Of a stretch of DNA of 64,000 nt, positions 19,604 through 30,401 are shown in pieces. The position numbers and the translations under genes were made by a program. The notes beneath the pieces were generated by a model. The model saw only the letters and a program-made list of their open reading frames with translations, did no database searches and was not told the origin of the DNA. Each line of letters opens with the position of its first letter. Position 1 is the stretch's first letter. Origin of the DNA: Carpediemonas membranifera BICM (Eukaryota; Protista; Fornicata); NCBI GenBank assembly GCA_019828565.1, contig JAHDYR010000006.1, positions 186,001 through 250,000 of the forward strand, read 5' to 3'.

Positions 19604-19769
19604 TTTGTATTCAAAACTTGTCTGAAGCGATTCTCGTCCGGCGAGAATTTTGTCGATTTTCGCACTTTATCGATCGGTCACGGGACACGAGGTGCAACGC
19701 TGTAGCCACCCCATATGATACAAGCAGACCAAAGACTCTCCCACTCAGAATTACGCCCACCAAGGTCTC

Positions 19770-20564
19770 TCACCGGCCCGGCTTGCTCTCTTCCAGGATC
19801 CTGTAGTACTTCAGCCAGTTGGTAGTGCACAGCCTCTCAGCGACTGCCTTCCGGCCGTCCGCAGTCGCCACGTCCTCCGGCTTGACCACCCTCAGCTCCG
19901 ATTCCCCGTGGAAGACGAGCACGTACGGCGGCAGACAGTGCAGACTCATTCGACGTGACTTGGCTTGATCGAACCAGGCCTTGTACTCCTCTGTGTCACC
20001 AATGACGGGGTGCGGCGGGCCCCAGTCTGCCCCGGGCGGGATCGGCCCCGTCACCCCGGGGATGAGGAAGCCGGGCAGAGGCTCGAGCTCAATAGCCTCC
20101 CCGTCTATGATAACAGTGTCCTGTTCGTCCCCACTGTACGCTGGGGGAGGTCCGTGCTGTCTCATCCGCCACACGAACTCGGGCGGGGCCCTGGGGCCGA
20201 CACGGAGGGCACGGATGAGGGCCTCGGACATCTCACCGGGTGTGTGGTCGCTCACGTTCCAGAACCGGGCGAACTTACCGCCGTGGAAGTGCGAGGTGCG
20301 GTGGAATACAGCCTTGCCGTCATCGCCGGACCCACGGGGGATGTAGGTGCCCCAGTCTGCATCAACCAAGCCGCTGCTGTGTATAATCATCGTATGAGCC
20401 TTCTCGGTCTGTTCGTTCGCTGCATTAGTGTCTTGGTCTTCGTCGAGCCGGTTGTCGAGGCCTCGAAGGCGGTTAACAACGAAGCTGGTAATATCATCGC
20501 GTATATCCTGTGGAATGCTGCTTGAGAGGGAGATTTGCGCAAGAATCCGGTCTTGTGCGCTCAT
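19770..20564 (-). CDS. PSP-domain protein (ZCCHC8/SF3B2-type proline-rich spliceosome domain)
   Basis: 'PGEMSEALIRALRVGPRAPPEFVWRMRQHGPPPAY' matches the PSP consensus. The start is taken at MSAQDR. Confidence 0.7.
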   Translation of the reverse strand: MSAQDRILAQISLSSSIPQDIRDDITSFVVNRLRGLDNRLDEDQDTNAANEQTEKAHTMIIHSSGLVDADWGTYIPRGSGDDGKAVFHRTSHFHGGKFARFWNVSDHTPGEMSEALIRALRVGPRAPPEFVWRMRQHGPPPAYSGDEQDTVIIDGEAIELEPLPGFLIPGVTGPIPPGADWGPPHPVIGDTEEYKAWFDQAKSRRMSLHCLPPYVLVFHGESELRVVKPEDVATADGRKAVAERLCTTNWLKYYRILEESKPGR

Positions 20565-20745
20565 TATTGTATCATGCAGTTGCGCGAGACAGTCGAACAA
20601 GTCAGCCTACACGCGGTGAGAGGCCTTGCTGTGTAACACAAGGCAAGGCTATGGTGCTGAGTGATGGAGCCGTCCCTTCTTCAATAGCCGTTCCAGACAA
20701 GGCAGCATTCGCAATAATAAGATCAAGTTTAGGTTCAAATATATC

Positions 20746-22679
20746 TTACATTGCCTCCTGACGGTCGGTAAGCTGACCCCGAGTGAATCGGGTCGACCTC
20801 CGGATCGTATCAGTCAGCGTGTCGTCCTCGAAGATGCTCTGCGGCGACCCGGGACTGCCATACTCTCGACCGTCGAGACCAGCAGTGTTGTTCATGATAA
20901 ACGACTGCCGCAGGGCCTCATCATCGCCTCCAAAGTCGAGTCGGGAGGTCATTGGGTCGACACCGCTCGGACTCGGGCTTCCCGCCCTACTAGCGGGCCT
21001 GCTGCCTGCCATGCTGCTCGCCCTGCTCATCGCCTGGGCGGGGGTCAGCAGCGTAAAGGCACCCTGCTCCTCTGCCTCGGACTCCGTCTCTGACTCGCCC
21101 GACTCTGCTCCCCGGGTCGACCTCAGGCCTGGGGGAGAGTCACTGTCATCAACAGCCGACTCGGGCTCAGAGCCGTCATCGTCGACGAACGCGAGGAACT
21201 TGCCGAGTGCGGGGTGGCTTGCGAGTGTGTAGGCGAGCTCGCGCCACTGCCTCCTGTGTTCCTGCTCGCGGCGAGACGCCTCGGTCCTTTGTTTGCGGAT
21301 CTCGGCCTGCATGCGGACGATGACCTCGCTGAACCTGTGCATCACCTCCTTCTCCTTGCCGCCGAACGGAGCTCCGGCCACGACTCCCGCCCCGGTCTCG
21401 AGAGCAGCCAGCCTTGCTTCGAGCGCCTCGTTCTTAGCCCGGAGCCCGCTGTTCGAGTCGACCGCCTGTGCCAGCTGCTGCTGGAGTGTCAGATTCAGTG
21501 TTTTGAAGTCCGACACTTCATTAATGGTCGCGTGGGTCCGGACATTCATGCACCTTGAGGCAAAAAGAAGAGTTGAGTAAGTCTCGTCGTAGTTGCACTC
21601 GGCAGGGCCCACAGTGGCACATATCACCGTCTTAGTGTTACCGCCAAGGGAATCAGTGAGAAGTCGAGTCAACTTCGAGTCGCGGAGGGGAACATGACCT
21701 GACCCACTCGAGAGGGCTGCAACGCAGTTCCCCAGGGCGGAGAGGGATTGGTTGATCTTCTTCGCCTCATCGAGTCTGCTGCCCTCAGACATGGTCTTGG
21801 AAACTCTCTCGGATCCCGCGAGGTCTACAATGGCGAGAACACCCCTCCTGACCGGATCTGGGGCCATGGGGTCCGTCTGCTTGGGCCTCTGCTCCACAGT
21901 GATGAACATGATGACATGGGAGCGGGAGGACAGCTGGTTCATCGACGTTCCTGCCATAACCCTGCGCTTGGAGGCGACGGACACGATGTCCAGGAGATGA
22001 GTGCCCGACGTCACAGCCAAGGCAGTGAGGCCATCGACGTAGACACCGGTGCGGGAGCTCTCGCGGAGATGAAGGATCTTCCCGGACCTATCCTCATCCA
22101 GGAGGTCGTAAATATTCTCCTTGTACAGCTGGGTGTAGGACAGTGTCACTTGGAACTCAGTCTCTTCCTGATTCTGCTCGATATGGTCGAAGATCTGCTG
22201 TACTGCGCGTGGAATCACGCCTGCCTTGGCGCTAACTGAGTCGACTCTGCCTGACGCGTTGATGCCTTGGAAGTTGCCAATGTCTCCAAAGATGGTGTGG
22301 GTCTTGCCTGTGTGAGCGGTATGGGGGTGAAAGGGGACGTACCTGTGCCAGTTTGGCCATAGGCCATCACTGTGCCGTTGAAACCCTGCAGGACGTCGTT
22401 GACGATGTCTTCAGCGACGACGCCGTACATTGAGGACTGCTGGATGTCCGAGCCGAGAACGAGATCGAACATGAAGTCACGCTCATCGGTGTGTGAACGC
22501 GTTAGAGTGAGAAATTTGGATGGATTGTCGCCTGTATGGGGGATGACGTTGACGCACTCTTCGTACGCCTCGAAAGAATGGTCGTAGTCCTCCTGGATCG
22601 GCGGACGAACACGAACTACTACTCTGATACGGCTATGCTCATCAGATGACGCGGAGTTTGGCCTGGATGAGCGAACCAT
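20746..22679 (-). CDS. Kinesin motor protein, N-terminal motor domain (2 exons)
   Basis: RVVVRVRP, a P-loop GQTGTGKT rebuilt across intron 22308-22342, NQLSSRSH, DLAGSER and HVPLRDSKLTRLL, followed by a coiled coil. Confidence 0.92.
22308..22342 (-). other. Spliceosomal intron, 35 nt
   Basis: GTACGT...CTCACACAG. Removal joins GQTGT-G-KTHT in frame. Confidence 0.9.
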
Positions 22680-22862
22680 GCAAGCTGTTCGAAACTTTGA
22701 GAAGTCGAAGACGAGATGATTTTCCGTATCAGTGTCTATTAATCCCTAATACACGCTTAACACGCTCCCACAGTGGAGTTTAGGTCTTGGCCGCCATCTA
22801 CTCATCTTTATTTGGCCCGAGACTGGGCCGATAATTCGGGAACAAGACTAGCTGCCTCACCT

Positions 22863-23351
22863 CTACAAGTGCAAGGGCATATCGCCATCCTTAATCACTG
22901 CCCTGAAGTCTTCAAGGCCGACCCGCCCATCCCCGTCAACATCAAGCGCGTCAATGAGCAGGGCAATGTCCTTGGCGGTGAACGTGGCACCGCTCAGCGT
23001 CATGACCTCCTCGATACGTTCAGTCGTCAGGTACTCCTCCCCGTTAGTGTAGATCGAGAAGGCCTCTTTGACGGGGTCGTAGTTCAGCTCCTCAACAGTT
23101 TGGATCGCTGGGAGGTTAAGAATTTCGGAGAAGCGGTCAAAAGTGAATGCCGTGGACATCTTATCGATTTTTGAGGCGTTTGGCTCTGTTGGAATGACAT
23201 GAAGGTACTTCTCGGCCTCGCTTATGCTGATCGGCTTGATCGGCGCCATCGCAGAGGTCAAGTCTTCAACTGTGATTACCTTTTTGTTCTTTGCGTCCCG
23301 TGTTATGTATTTGAACGCCAGGTCGGCTTCTGTTGACGAGATTTTGGACAT
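22863..23351 (-). CDS. EF-hand (calmodulin/centrin-like) protein
   Basis: Canonical C-terminal EF loop 'DVDGDGRVGLEDF', 'VKEAFSIY', and degenerate N-terminal hands. Confidence 0.8.
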   Translation of the reverse strand: MSKISSTEADLAFKYITRDAKNKKVITVEDLTSAMAPIKPISISEAEKYLHVIPTEPNASKIDKMSTAFTFDRFSEILNLPAIQTVEELNYDPVKEAFSIYTNGEEYLTTERIEEVMTLSGATFTAKDIALLIDALDVDGDGRVGLEDFRAVIKDGDMPLHL

Positions 23352-23509
23352 TTTCGTTTCACTGACATAAAGTGCACATTTAAGAAGGGGCCGTAATGAG
23401 TCTGAACCGAAGGAATCCAGATGATATGCGGGCCAATGTGTTTTACTCCTCTATAGCACATTGGCGGTAGCCTTATCCTGCGAATATGTGAGCGCGCCAA
23501 TACGCGCGA

Positions 23510-24184
23510 ATGACCGAGTTTCAAGCAGGGGCAATGGAGCCCACATACGCGCATCTGTGCTTTGATTCACATGGCGCGAAAATTCGGTACAAGGACGGGA
23601 ACTATCCCGTCTACACGAACGATCCACCGTCCATGGTCTGTCCGGTCGTTGCGAACACTGCAATGGCGGCAGGCACGACTATGCGTTACCAGTGCGATGT
23701 GTATCATCCCGCTATCCGCTCCGGCCCCTATCTCCAGAGCATCCGACACGTCCGAGCCCATGAGAACTTCTCCCCACTGGAAATGAACGTCATGCACCTC
23801 ATTCTGTACCGGTTCACGACACTCCGCCCCCGCCCCGAGTTGCTAACAGACATATTTATCGAGCTCGACACGAACTCAAGCTGGAATCCTCTCCAGTCCC
23901 CCCTCAAGACAGCAACCGTCCGTGTCTCGTTCGAGTCAACACCGAGAGGCAAGTCTGTCCGCATAGGCGTCGTGGGGATCCCGTATATCCAGGCGAACGG
24001 CGTCAAGGCCGCTGACCGAATGCGCCTCAGCTTCCCCGAGAGCTTCACCGAGGTCCACCGGGTTGTGCGAGGCGACCGCGAGACAGGTCAGAAGAACACA
24101 TGGAAACTGCGGCTGTGGTGGCACTCGCTGGCGGTAGTCCTTGGGTGTGTGAACAGCGTCGTCATAGAGTCTTGCTGCGGATGA
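23510..24184 (+). CDS. Hypothetical protein
   Basis: 224-aa ORF with codon usage like that of its neighbours. No domain recognised. Confidence 0.55.
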   Translation: MTEFQAGAMEPTYAHLCFDSHGAKIRYKDGNYPVYTNDPPSMVCPVVANTAMAAGTTMRYQCDVYHPAIRSGPYLQSIRHVRAHENFSPLEMNVMHLILYRFTTLRPRPELLTDIFIELDTNSSWNPLQSPLKTATVRVSFESTPRGKSVRIGVVGIPYIQANGVKAADRMRLSFPESFTEVHRVVRGDRETGQKNTWKLRLWWHSLAVVLGCVNSVVIESCCG

Positions 24185-24466
24185 GCATGCAAAAGGGTGG
24201 GGAGCGATGATCACAGGGGTGGGGGATACCCTGATATTTATACGATATTCAGATGATATGCAGTGGCCTAGTGTCTGGTCAAACCGGCGCCGTAGCCCAC
24301 ACATAAACTTGTTACACTCGCGTGGGTAATTGTAGTATGCCCGTCAGGATCCATGTTCGAGGGCTGGACATGTCCTGAAGCCTGTAGCGGTTCGATGTGG
24401 TGTGCATTTGTGCTGGACACAACGTGAGTATGCAAACTACGCAAAGTCCGTGAGACAAAGTGGCAA

Positions 24467-26521
24467 ATGGAAGACGTTAAGCCGTCTACAACGTCCATGA
24501 GGAGTCTCAACATAGTCATTTTAGCGGCAATTTTCATTCTTGCCTTTGGTGTGCGTCTCTTTGCCGTCATTCGGTATGAAAGCGTGATTCATGAGTTTGA
24601 TCCCTATTTCAACTACCGTGCGACCATCTACCTCATCGAAAACGGGTTTGAGAAGTTCCAGAACTGGTTCGATGACCGTACTTGGTACCCCATCGGCCGT
24701 ATCGTCGGTGGCACGCTCTTCCCGGGCCTGATGACGACAGCGGCCATCCTCTTCAAGGTCCTCAACTACTTCCACATCTTCATCAGCATCCGCGACACCT
24801 GCGTGTTCCTGGCGCCTTTCATGGCCGGCCTCACCGCCATCACTGCCTACTTCTTCGGCAAGGACATGCGTGACGACCGCACCGGCCTCCTCGCGGCCCT
24901 GCTGATGGCGCTTGTCCCCGCCTACATCTCCCGTTCCGTGGCCGGCTCCTATGACAACGAGGCGGTGAGTATCTTCGCGCTGCTCTTCGCCTACCTCCTC
25001 TGGATCAAGGCCGTCCGCCACGGCTCCGTCCTCCTCGCCGCACTCACTGCCGCGGCATATTTCTACATGGCCGCGAGCTGGGGCGCCTATGTGTTCATCA
25101 TCAACCTCGTGCCCCTCTACACGCTCGTCTCTGTGCTCGTTGGCCGCTACAGCGTTAGACTGCACGTAGCCTACACGACGTTCTACGTCCTCGGCATCGT
25201 CATGACCATGCAGATCCCCTTCATCAACTACCAGCCCGTCCAGTCTGCCGAGCACCTCGCTGCAGCCGGCATCTTCGTCTTCATGCAGGGTATCGGCGTC
25301 CTCCGCTACCTCAGCTCCCGCCTGCCCGAACACGACCTCCGCCGCGTCTTTCGCAACGTCGGGCTGACTGCAGTGATTGGTTTCTTCGCCGTCACGGTCG
25401 CCCTGGAGCTGAGCGGTTTCGTCACGCCCTGGTCGGGCCGTTTCAAGTCCTTCCTCGATCCTACGTACGCCAAGGCCCACATCCCCATCATAGCGTCAGT
25501 CTCTGAGCACCAGCCGACCACATGGGGCTCTTTCTTCTTCGATCTCCACATCCTCGCCTTCCTCGTGCCCGCGGGCGTCTACTTTGCCCTGGACGGCCTC
25601 ACGGACACGAACCTCTTCGTACTGCTCTACGGTGTGTGCGCTGTGTACTTCTCTGGCGTTATGATCCGTATGATGCTCATCCTCGCGCCCGTCTCCTGCC
25701 TCCTCGGCGCCTTAGCGCTCTCCAGGGTTCTTGACAGCCTCACGACCGCCGTCCGGAGCCGAATCAACGCCAAGGACGTGAAGGCGGTGGTCGGCGCGGC
25801 CGCAGCTCTCGTCTTCCTCGTCGGCCTGCTCGTTTCCTTCACCCGCCACTCTGTATGGGCCACCTCTGAGGCGTATTCCTCCCCTTCCGTCGTTTTGATG
25901 GCAAACACGCCCACGGGCCGCGTAGTGTTCGACGACTTCCGCGAGGCGTACTCCTGGCTGGACCACAACACCGCCGAGGACGCCAAGGTGATGTCCTGGT
26001 GGGACTATGGCTACCAGCTCGCTCAGATGAGCAACCGCACCACCATCGTGGACAACAACACCTGGAATAACACCCATATAGCTATGGTCGGCCGTGCTTT
26101 CGCCCAAAACGAGGATGACGCCATCGTTACGATCCGTCTGCTCGACGTCGACTACGTTCTCGTCGTGTTCGGCGGTCTGGTGGGCTATAGCAGTGACGAC
26201 ATCAACAAGTTCCTGTGGATGGTACGTATCGGCGGCGGTGAGTTCGGTGACGTCCACGAGCAGGATTACTTCAACAGTCGCGGGCAGTACACCGTCGATA
26301 AGTCCGTCTCGAAGACGATGCGCGACAGCTTGATGTACCGCCTCTGCTTCCATCGCTTCGGGGAGGTTGTTACTGACCGCCGCTTCCCAGGGGGCTTTGA
26401 TCGCGTGAGAAACGTCGAGATTGGGGACAAGGACATCAAGCTCAAGAACTTTGAAGAGGTCTTCACGTCCCAGCATTGGATGGTGAGGATTTATAAGGTG
26501 AAGCCGGAGAACAACTGGTGA
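24467..26521 (+). CDS. STT3: Oligosaccharyltransferase catalytic subunit STT3
   Basis: IHEFDPYFNYR, SVSEHQPT, WWDYGYQ, DNNTWNN and DINKFLWM motifs, with many TM segments. Confidence 0.98.
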   Translation: MEDVKPSTTSMRSLNIVILAAIFILAFGVRLFAVIRYESVIHEFDPYFNYRATIYLIENGFEKFQNWFDDRTWYPIGRIVGGTLFPGLMTTAAILFKVLNYFHIFISIRDTCVFLAPFMAGLTAITAYFFGKDMRDDRTGLLAALLMALVPAYISRSVAGSYDNEAVSIFALLFAYLLWIKAVRHGSVLLAALTAAAYFYMAASWGAYVFIINLVPLYTLVSVLVGRYSVRLHVAYTTFYVLGIVMTMQIPFINYQPVQSAEHLAAAGIFVFMQGIGVLRYLSSRLPEHDLRRVFRNVGLTAVIGFFAVTVALELSGFVTPWSGRFKSFLDPTYAKAHIPIIASVSEHQPTTWGSFFFDLHILAFLVPAGVYFALDGLTDTNLFVLLYGVCAVYFSGVMIRMMLILAPVSCLLGALALSRVLDSLTTAVRSRINAKDVKAVVGAAAALVFLVGLLVSFTRHSVWATSEAYSSPSVVLMANTPTGRVVFDDFREAYSWLDHNTAEDAKVMSWWDYGYQLAQMSNRTTIVDNNTWNNTHIAMVGRAFAQNEDDAIVTIRLLDVDYVLVVFGGLVGYSSDDINKFLWMVRIGGGEFGDVHEQDYFNSRGQYTVDKSVSKTMRDSLMYRLCFHRFGEVVTDRRFPGGFDRVRNVEIGDKDIKLKNFEEVFTSQHWMVRIYKVKPENNW

Positions 26522-26740
26522 TTTACTAGACTGTTTTCTCAATGTAAATAGATATATGGCTTGATCTGTCGTGAGGTTGGGGTGACATGACCTCGACTAA
26601 ATTGATTAGTTCTGCGCGCCTGGTCGATTAGTCGTAATGCGTGGTTGTCAGTCGGTAGAGTGGTCTGTAAGGTTGTACCTTGTTGCATACATCTGCTGTC
26701 ACACTGAGCGACATGTTAACGGCATGAGACAACGTAAACG

Positions 26741-27265
26741 ATGGTGCAGTTTAGCCCCAAATCGAAGGGCAAAATGACCAAGAAGGCAAATCACAAGAAG
26801 AAAAAGCTTGTTTTGAAGCCGTTCTGCTGGTATTGTGACCGTGAGTTCGTTGATGAGCGCACACTGCTGTTCCATCAACGCGCTGTGCATTTCCGTTGCC
26901 AATCAAGATCCTGCCACAAGACTTTTGCGTCAGTTTCGGCTTTGAAGACCCACATGCTTCAGACCCACAAAACGACGATCAAGTACATCTCGAGAGCCAT
27001 GAGATCTCGTGCAAACCCAGACATCAACCCATTCATCAGCGGAATGGCTTGCGTTTCCATCGCAGACCTCAAAGAGCGAGCTGCTCGCGTTGCCGCCCAG
27101 CACCCTGGCCGTCACGTCATCGTCCCCAAGCCGATGATCCAAATGGCCGACGCCGTGACCGACGACGTGAACAAGGCCAACCCTAGTACGTTGGCAAGAG
27201 CTGTGCCGAACCCGCTGTACGGCGGTCTGTCGCTGGCAGAGGTCGTACAGCTCAACAAGGCTTAA
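26741..27265 (+). CDS. ZNF207: BuGZ/ZNF207-like C2H2 zinc-finger protein
   Basis: 'KPFCWYCDREFVDERTLLFHQRAVHFRC...CHK...LKTHMLQTHK' followed by 'R.NPDI...I.GM' matches the ZNF207 N-terminus. Confidence 0.8.
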   Translation: MVQFSPKSKGKMTKKANHKKKKLVLKPFCWYCDREFVDERTLLFHQRAVHFRCQSRSCHKTFASVSALKTHMLQTHKTTIKYISRAMRSRANPDINPFISGMACVSIADLKERAARVAAQHPGRHVIVPKPMIQMADAVTDDVNKANPSTLARAVPNPLYGGLSLAEVVQLNKA

Positions 27266-27312
27266 CTTTAGTGCACTTTCAGACTCTGAGCGTCGGATTC
27301 CAGCTGAATCCA

Positions 27313-27760
27313 ATGGACCTTCTCATCAATCTCATCTGGGTTGTTTTCTGCTGTCTTCTGATATATGCTCTGTTGGCGGTTCTGTTCCCATCGCCTGCAA
27401 TCAAGATCAAGCACATCTCCCTCGATCAGCTCTTTCTGCACATGAATCTCTTCGCTGCCGGTGTATTCATCGGCGGCGGCTTCCTCCACCTTCTCCCTGA
27501 CTGCGCCGATGACTGACCCATCGGCATCATCATCGGGACCCTGCGCCACACAGTCGCCGAGGGGACGCTCAAGGACGGCAATGTCATGGTCCGAACCGCT
27601 GCCAGCGCTGGTACCTTCGTCTGTGGGCGTGGTCGAGATGCTCGCTGAGAGCATCCATAAGGGGGTGGGGGCGCCCTTGTGGGGCAAGCTGCTGCACCTC
27701 CTATTTGTGCTTGTCGGGTTTGGAATCATGTCAGCAGTGCTTCTGTTGCCAGTTCATTAG
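27313..27760 (+). pseudogene. ZIP (SLC39) metal transporter pseudogene, internally deleted
   Basis: TM2 'FAAGVFIGGGFLHLLPD' is followed by a TGA, then directly by TM6 'PIGIIIG' and TM7 'AGTFV'. A frameshift leads to 'GVVEML' and TM8 'GFGIMSAVLL'. TM3-TM5 are absent. Confidence 0.75.
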
Positions 27761-27909
27761 ATCGGATAGATCCAGTGTCAGTAAACTGACCTTTAAGTCG
27801 GCGAGTGTCCGTGATTGAAGATTGAGTGATTTATGTGATATCTTACGTAACATGTAACTCTGACTGTTACCGACGCACGTGGATCTGCCAAGCGGATTGA
27901 CGGCAGTTG

Positions 27910-28689
27910 ATGTCCGATAACAACACTGAAAAGCGACTTATATCTTTACTAGGGCAGCTTACACGCGCTCTTGATGACTTTGGCCAGTCGTCGGCTTCAA
28001 AAGCACGGTTTGTTCATCCCAGGACGTTCTCTTGACACAGGAAGAAGTCTAAGACCATTAGCCAACTTTTTGAGGACACGGAACGTGTAATCAATGTAAT
28101 AGACGCTGAGAATAGACAGCTGCCAGCCCTAGAGCGCTCCAAGCGCATCGCCGAGACTCGCGAGAAGCGAAACCTCCTCCGCCAACTGAAGAGACGCTTC
28201 CGCGATATGCAATACGAGATGAAGCACGGCAAGAAGATGGCTGAGCTTCAGGATAAGTCCAAGAAGCAGCGCAACCAGCTCCTCAAGAACCAGAACGACC
28301 TTGAAGCAGCCGACGAATCCCTGGACAACACACTCCGCATGGCCCAGGACGCCAAGCAGGTCGGCACAGGCATCCTTGCCGAGGTCCGGCGCCAGAACGA
28401 CGTGATGACCGACACGAACAACAAGGTCTCGGGCATCAACAGCAAACGCAAGCGGGGGGTGAAGATGGTGAAGGAGATGAGTCGTCGGGAGCGGTACATC
28501 CGGTCATGCCAGTGCTGTTGCTTCGTTGTCCAGCTAGTGATCATCCTGTTCCTCGTCTGGCTCCGCTTAGTCAACCCCCTGGTCAAGTGCATCCCCGTCA
28601 TCGGGACCTACGCCTCGACGTACGCTCTTATGGTGTTCGTAACCAACGGCAAGGACTTTATTAGTCCGGACTGCCTCTCGCACCCTTAG
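27910..28689 (+). CDS. Qb-SNARE, NPSN/VTI1-like (2 exons)
   Basis: ATG at 27910 and an in-frame, stop-containing intron at 28008-28040. SNARE motif 'LDNTLRMAQDAKQVGTGILAEVRRQND' and TM 'FVVQLVIILFLVWLRLVNP'. Confidence 0.8.
28008..28040 (+). other. Spliceosomal intron, 33 nt
   Basis: GTTTGT...TTGACACAG. It contains the in-frame TGA that breaks the ORF. Confidence 0.75.
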
Positions 28690-29022
28690 TTTTTTTAATA
28701 AATGTTTCAATAGAGGATTTGGCAGCTGGATTGCTCAAGCGTCGGCAGTGTTGTGGTTGTAGGTGCGGCCCTCAGCCTCCCAGCTTCGAACCGACCCACG
28801 CTCTCGGTTCATTGTTTCCTTCACTTGAATGCTCAATGAAAGCATCCCATCATTTGATGATGCGCGCCACAAAAGCTCTCTTTGAATGGTAGCTGGGGTC
28901 GCTAGGACTTTAGCAGTCGTATCCAAGCATTTCGCAGGGTATGAAGCCTAGAATCGGCGGATTTATGTGTCACGTAAATGTGATCTCTTGAGATCTCTTC
29001 AGCACCTTGCGCTTGAGCACAA

Positions 29023-30198
29023 ATGGCTGAGACGGACAAGAAAGAGCAGGTTGTTACTCCCTGGGACGTATCTGCCGAGGACCAGATTGATTACAACAAG
29101 CTGATCAACGACTTCGGCTCCCAGCGCATCGATGCCGCTCTCCTGGAGAAGTTCGCCGGAGCTATCGATGTTCCGCTCCACCAGTTCCTCACTCGCGGCA
29201 TCTTCTTCTCCCACAGGGACATGAACCAGTTCTTGACGAACTACATCGCCACCAAGGCCGGTGAGGCTAAGAACGCCTTCTACCTCTACACTGGCCGCGG
29301 CCCTTCGAGCGGCAGCCTCCACATGGGTCACCTGGTCCCCATGCGCTTCACCAAGTGGCTCCAGGATGCCTTGGACATTCCCCTTGTTATCCAGCTCACG
29401 GACGATGAGAAGTTCCTCTGGCGCGACATCGAGTTCGACACGGTGCGCCAGCTGGCCATCGACAACGCCAAGGACATCATCGCCTGTGGTTTCAACCCCG
29501 AGAGGACGTTTATCTTCCGGGACTCGGATTACTACCAGGATATGTATGAAACTATCCTCTCATGCCAGAGAGCCACCACCATGGGCACTTCCAAGGCCGC
29601 CTTCGGGTTCACTGAGGAGAGCAACATCGGCAAGGCCTCGTTCCCTCCTGTCCAAGCCGCCCCTTCCTTCCCCACGGCGTTCCCCCACATCTTTGGCAAG
29701 GACCTCAGCAAGAAGGCCAAGGGCGCGATAACCTGCCTCATCCCCTGCGCGATTGACCAGGACCCCTACTTCCGCCTGTCCAGAGACTATGCGAGCAAGT
29801 TGGGCTGCAACAAGCCGGCCCTGCTCCACTCCGTCTTCCTCCCCTCCCTCGCCGGGGCCGGAACTAAGATGTCAGCCTCGGCCACGGACGGGTCCATCTT
29901 TGTGACGGACTCCATGGACACGATTAAGGCGAAGATCGAGAAGGTCGTGCCTGTCGCCGAGACGGTGGCCGAGGCGGGCGACGACGTGTCGCTCGAGTGG
30001 CTCAAGTTCTTCCTCGAGGACGACGCTGAGTTCAACAAGCTGTGCGAGGACAGGCTGGCTGGTGCTGTCAGCGGTGTGGCCATCAGGGATAGACTCGTCG
30101 CCGTGCTGCAGGACATGGCCGCTGAGTTCCAGGCCAGGCGGGCGGCGGTCACTGACGAGGATGTGGAGAAGTTCTTCAGCAAGAGGAGCCTGTATTGA
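29023..30198 (+). CDS. WARS: Cytosolic tryptophanyl-tRNA synthetase
   Basis: VTPWDV, YTGRGPSS, HMGH, QLTDDEK, AIDQDPYFR and KMSAS motifs. Confidence 0.97.
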   Translation: MAETDKKEQVVTPWDVSAEDQIDYNKLINDFGSQRIDAALLEKFAGAIDVPLHQFLTRGIFFSHRDMNQFLTNYIATKAGEAKNAFYLYTGRGPSSGSLHMGHLVPMRFTKWLQDALDIPLVIQLTDDEKFLWRDIEFDTVRQLAIDNAKDIIACGFNPERTFIFRDSDYYQDMYETILSCQRATTMGTSKAAFGFTEESNIGKASFPPVQAAPSFPTAFPHIFGKDLSKKAKGAITCLIPCAIDQDPYFRLSRDYASKLGCNKPALLHSVFLPSLAGAGTKMSASATDGSIFVTDSMDTIKAKIEKVVPVAETVAEAGDDVSLEWLKFFLEDDAEFNKLCEDRLAGAVSGVAIRDRLVAVLQDMAAEFQARRAAVTDEDVEKFFSKRSLY

Positions 30199-30401
30199 GT
30201 CTCCTGCGGATTAAATGTTTCCTCTTGTGGTGTCGATGTTGTCTGCCCAGGCGTCTCACTACGATCGCCAGTATGCGGGAAATGGATAATAAGTCTTTCG
30301 CACTGCCATGATTCGTGTCGTATACGCTGCTTGATGGTCCAGATAGGCTGAGTAATCAAATTGTCTTTTTGATCGATCGAAATCGAGCCTCGGGGTCAAG
30401 C

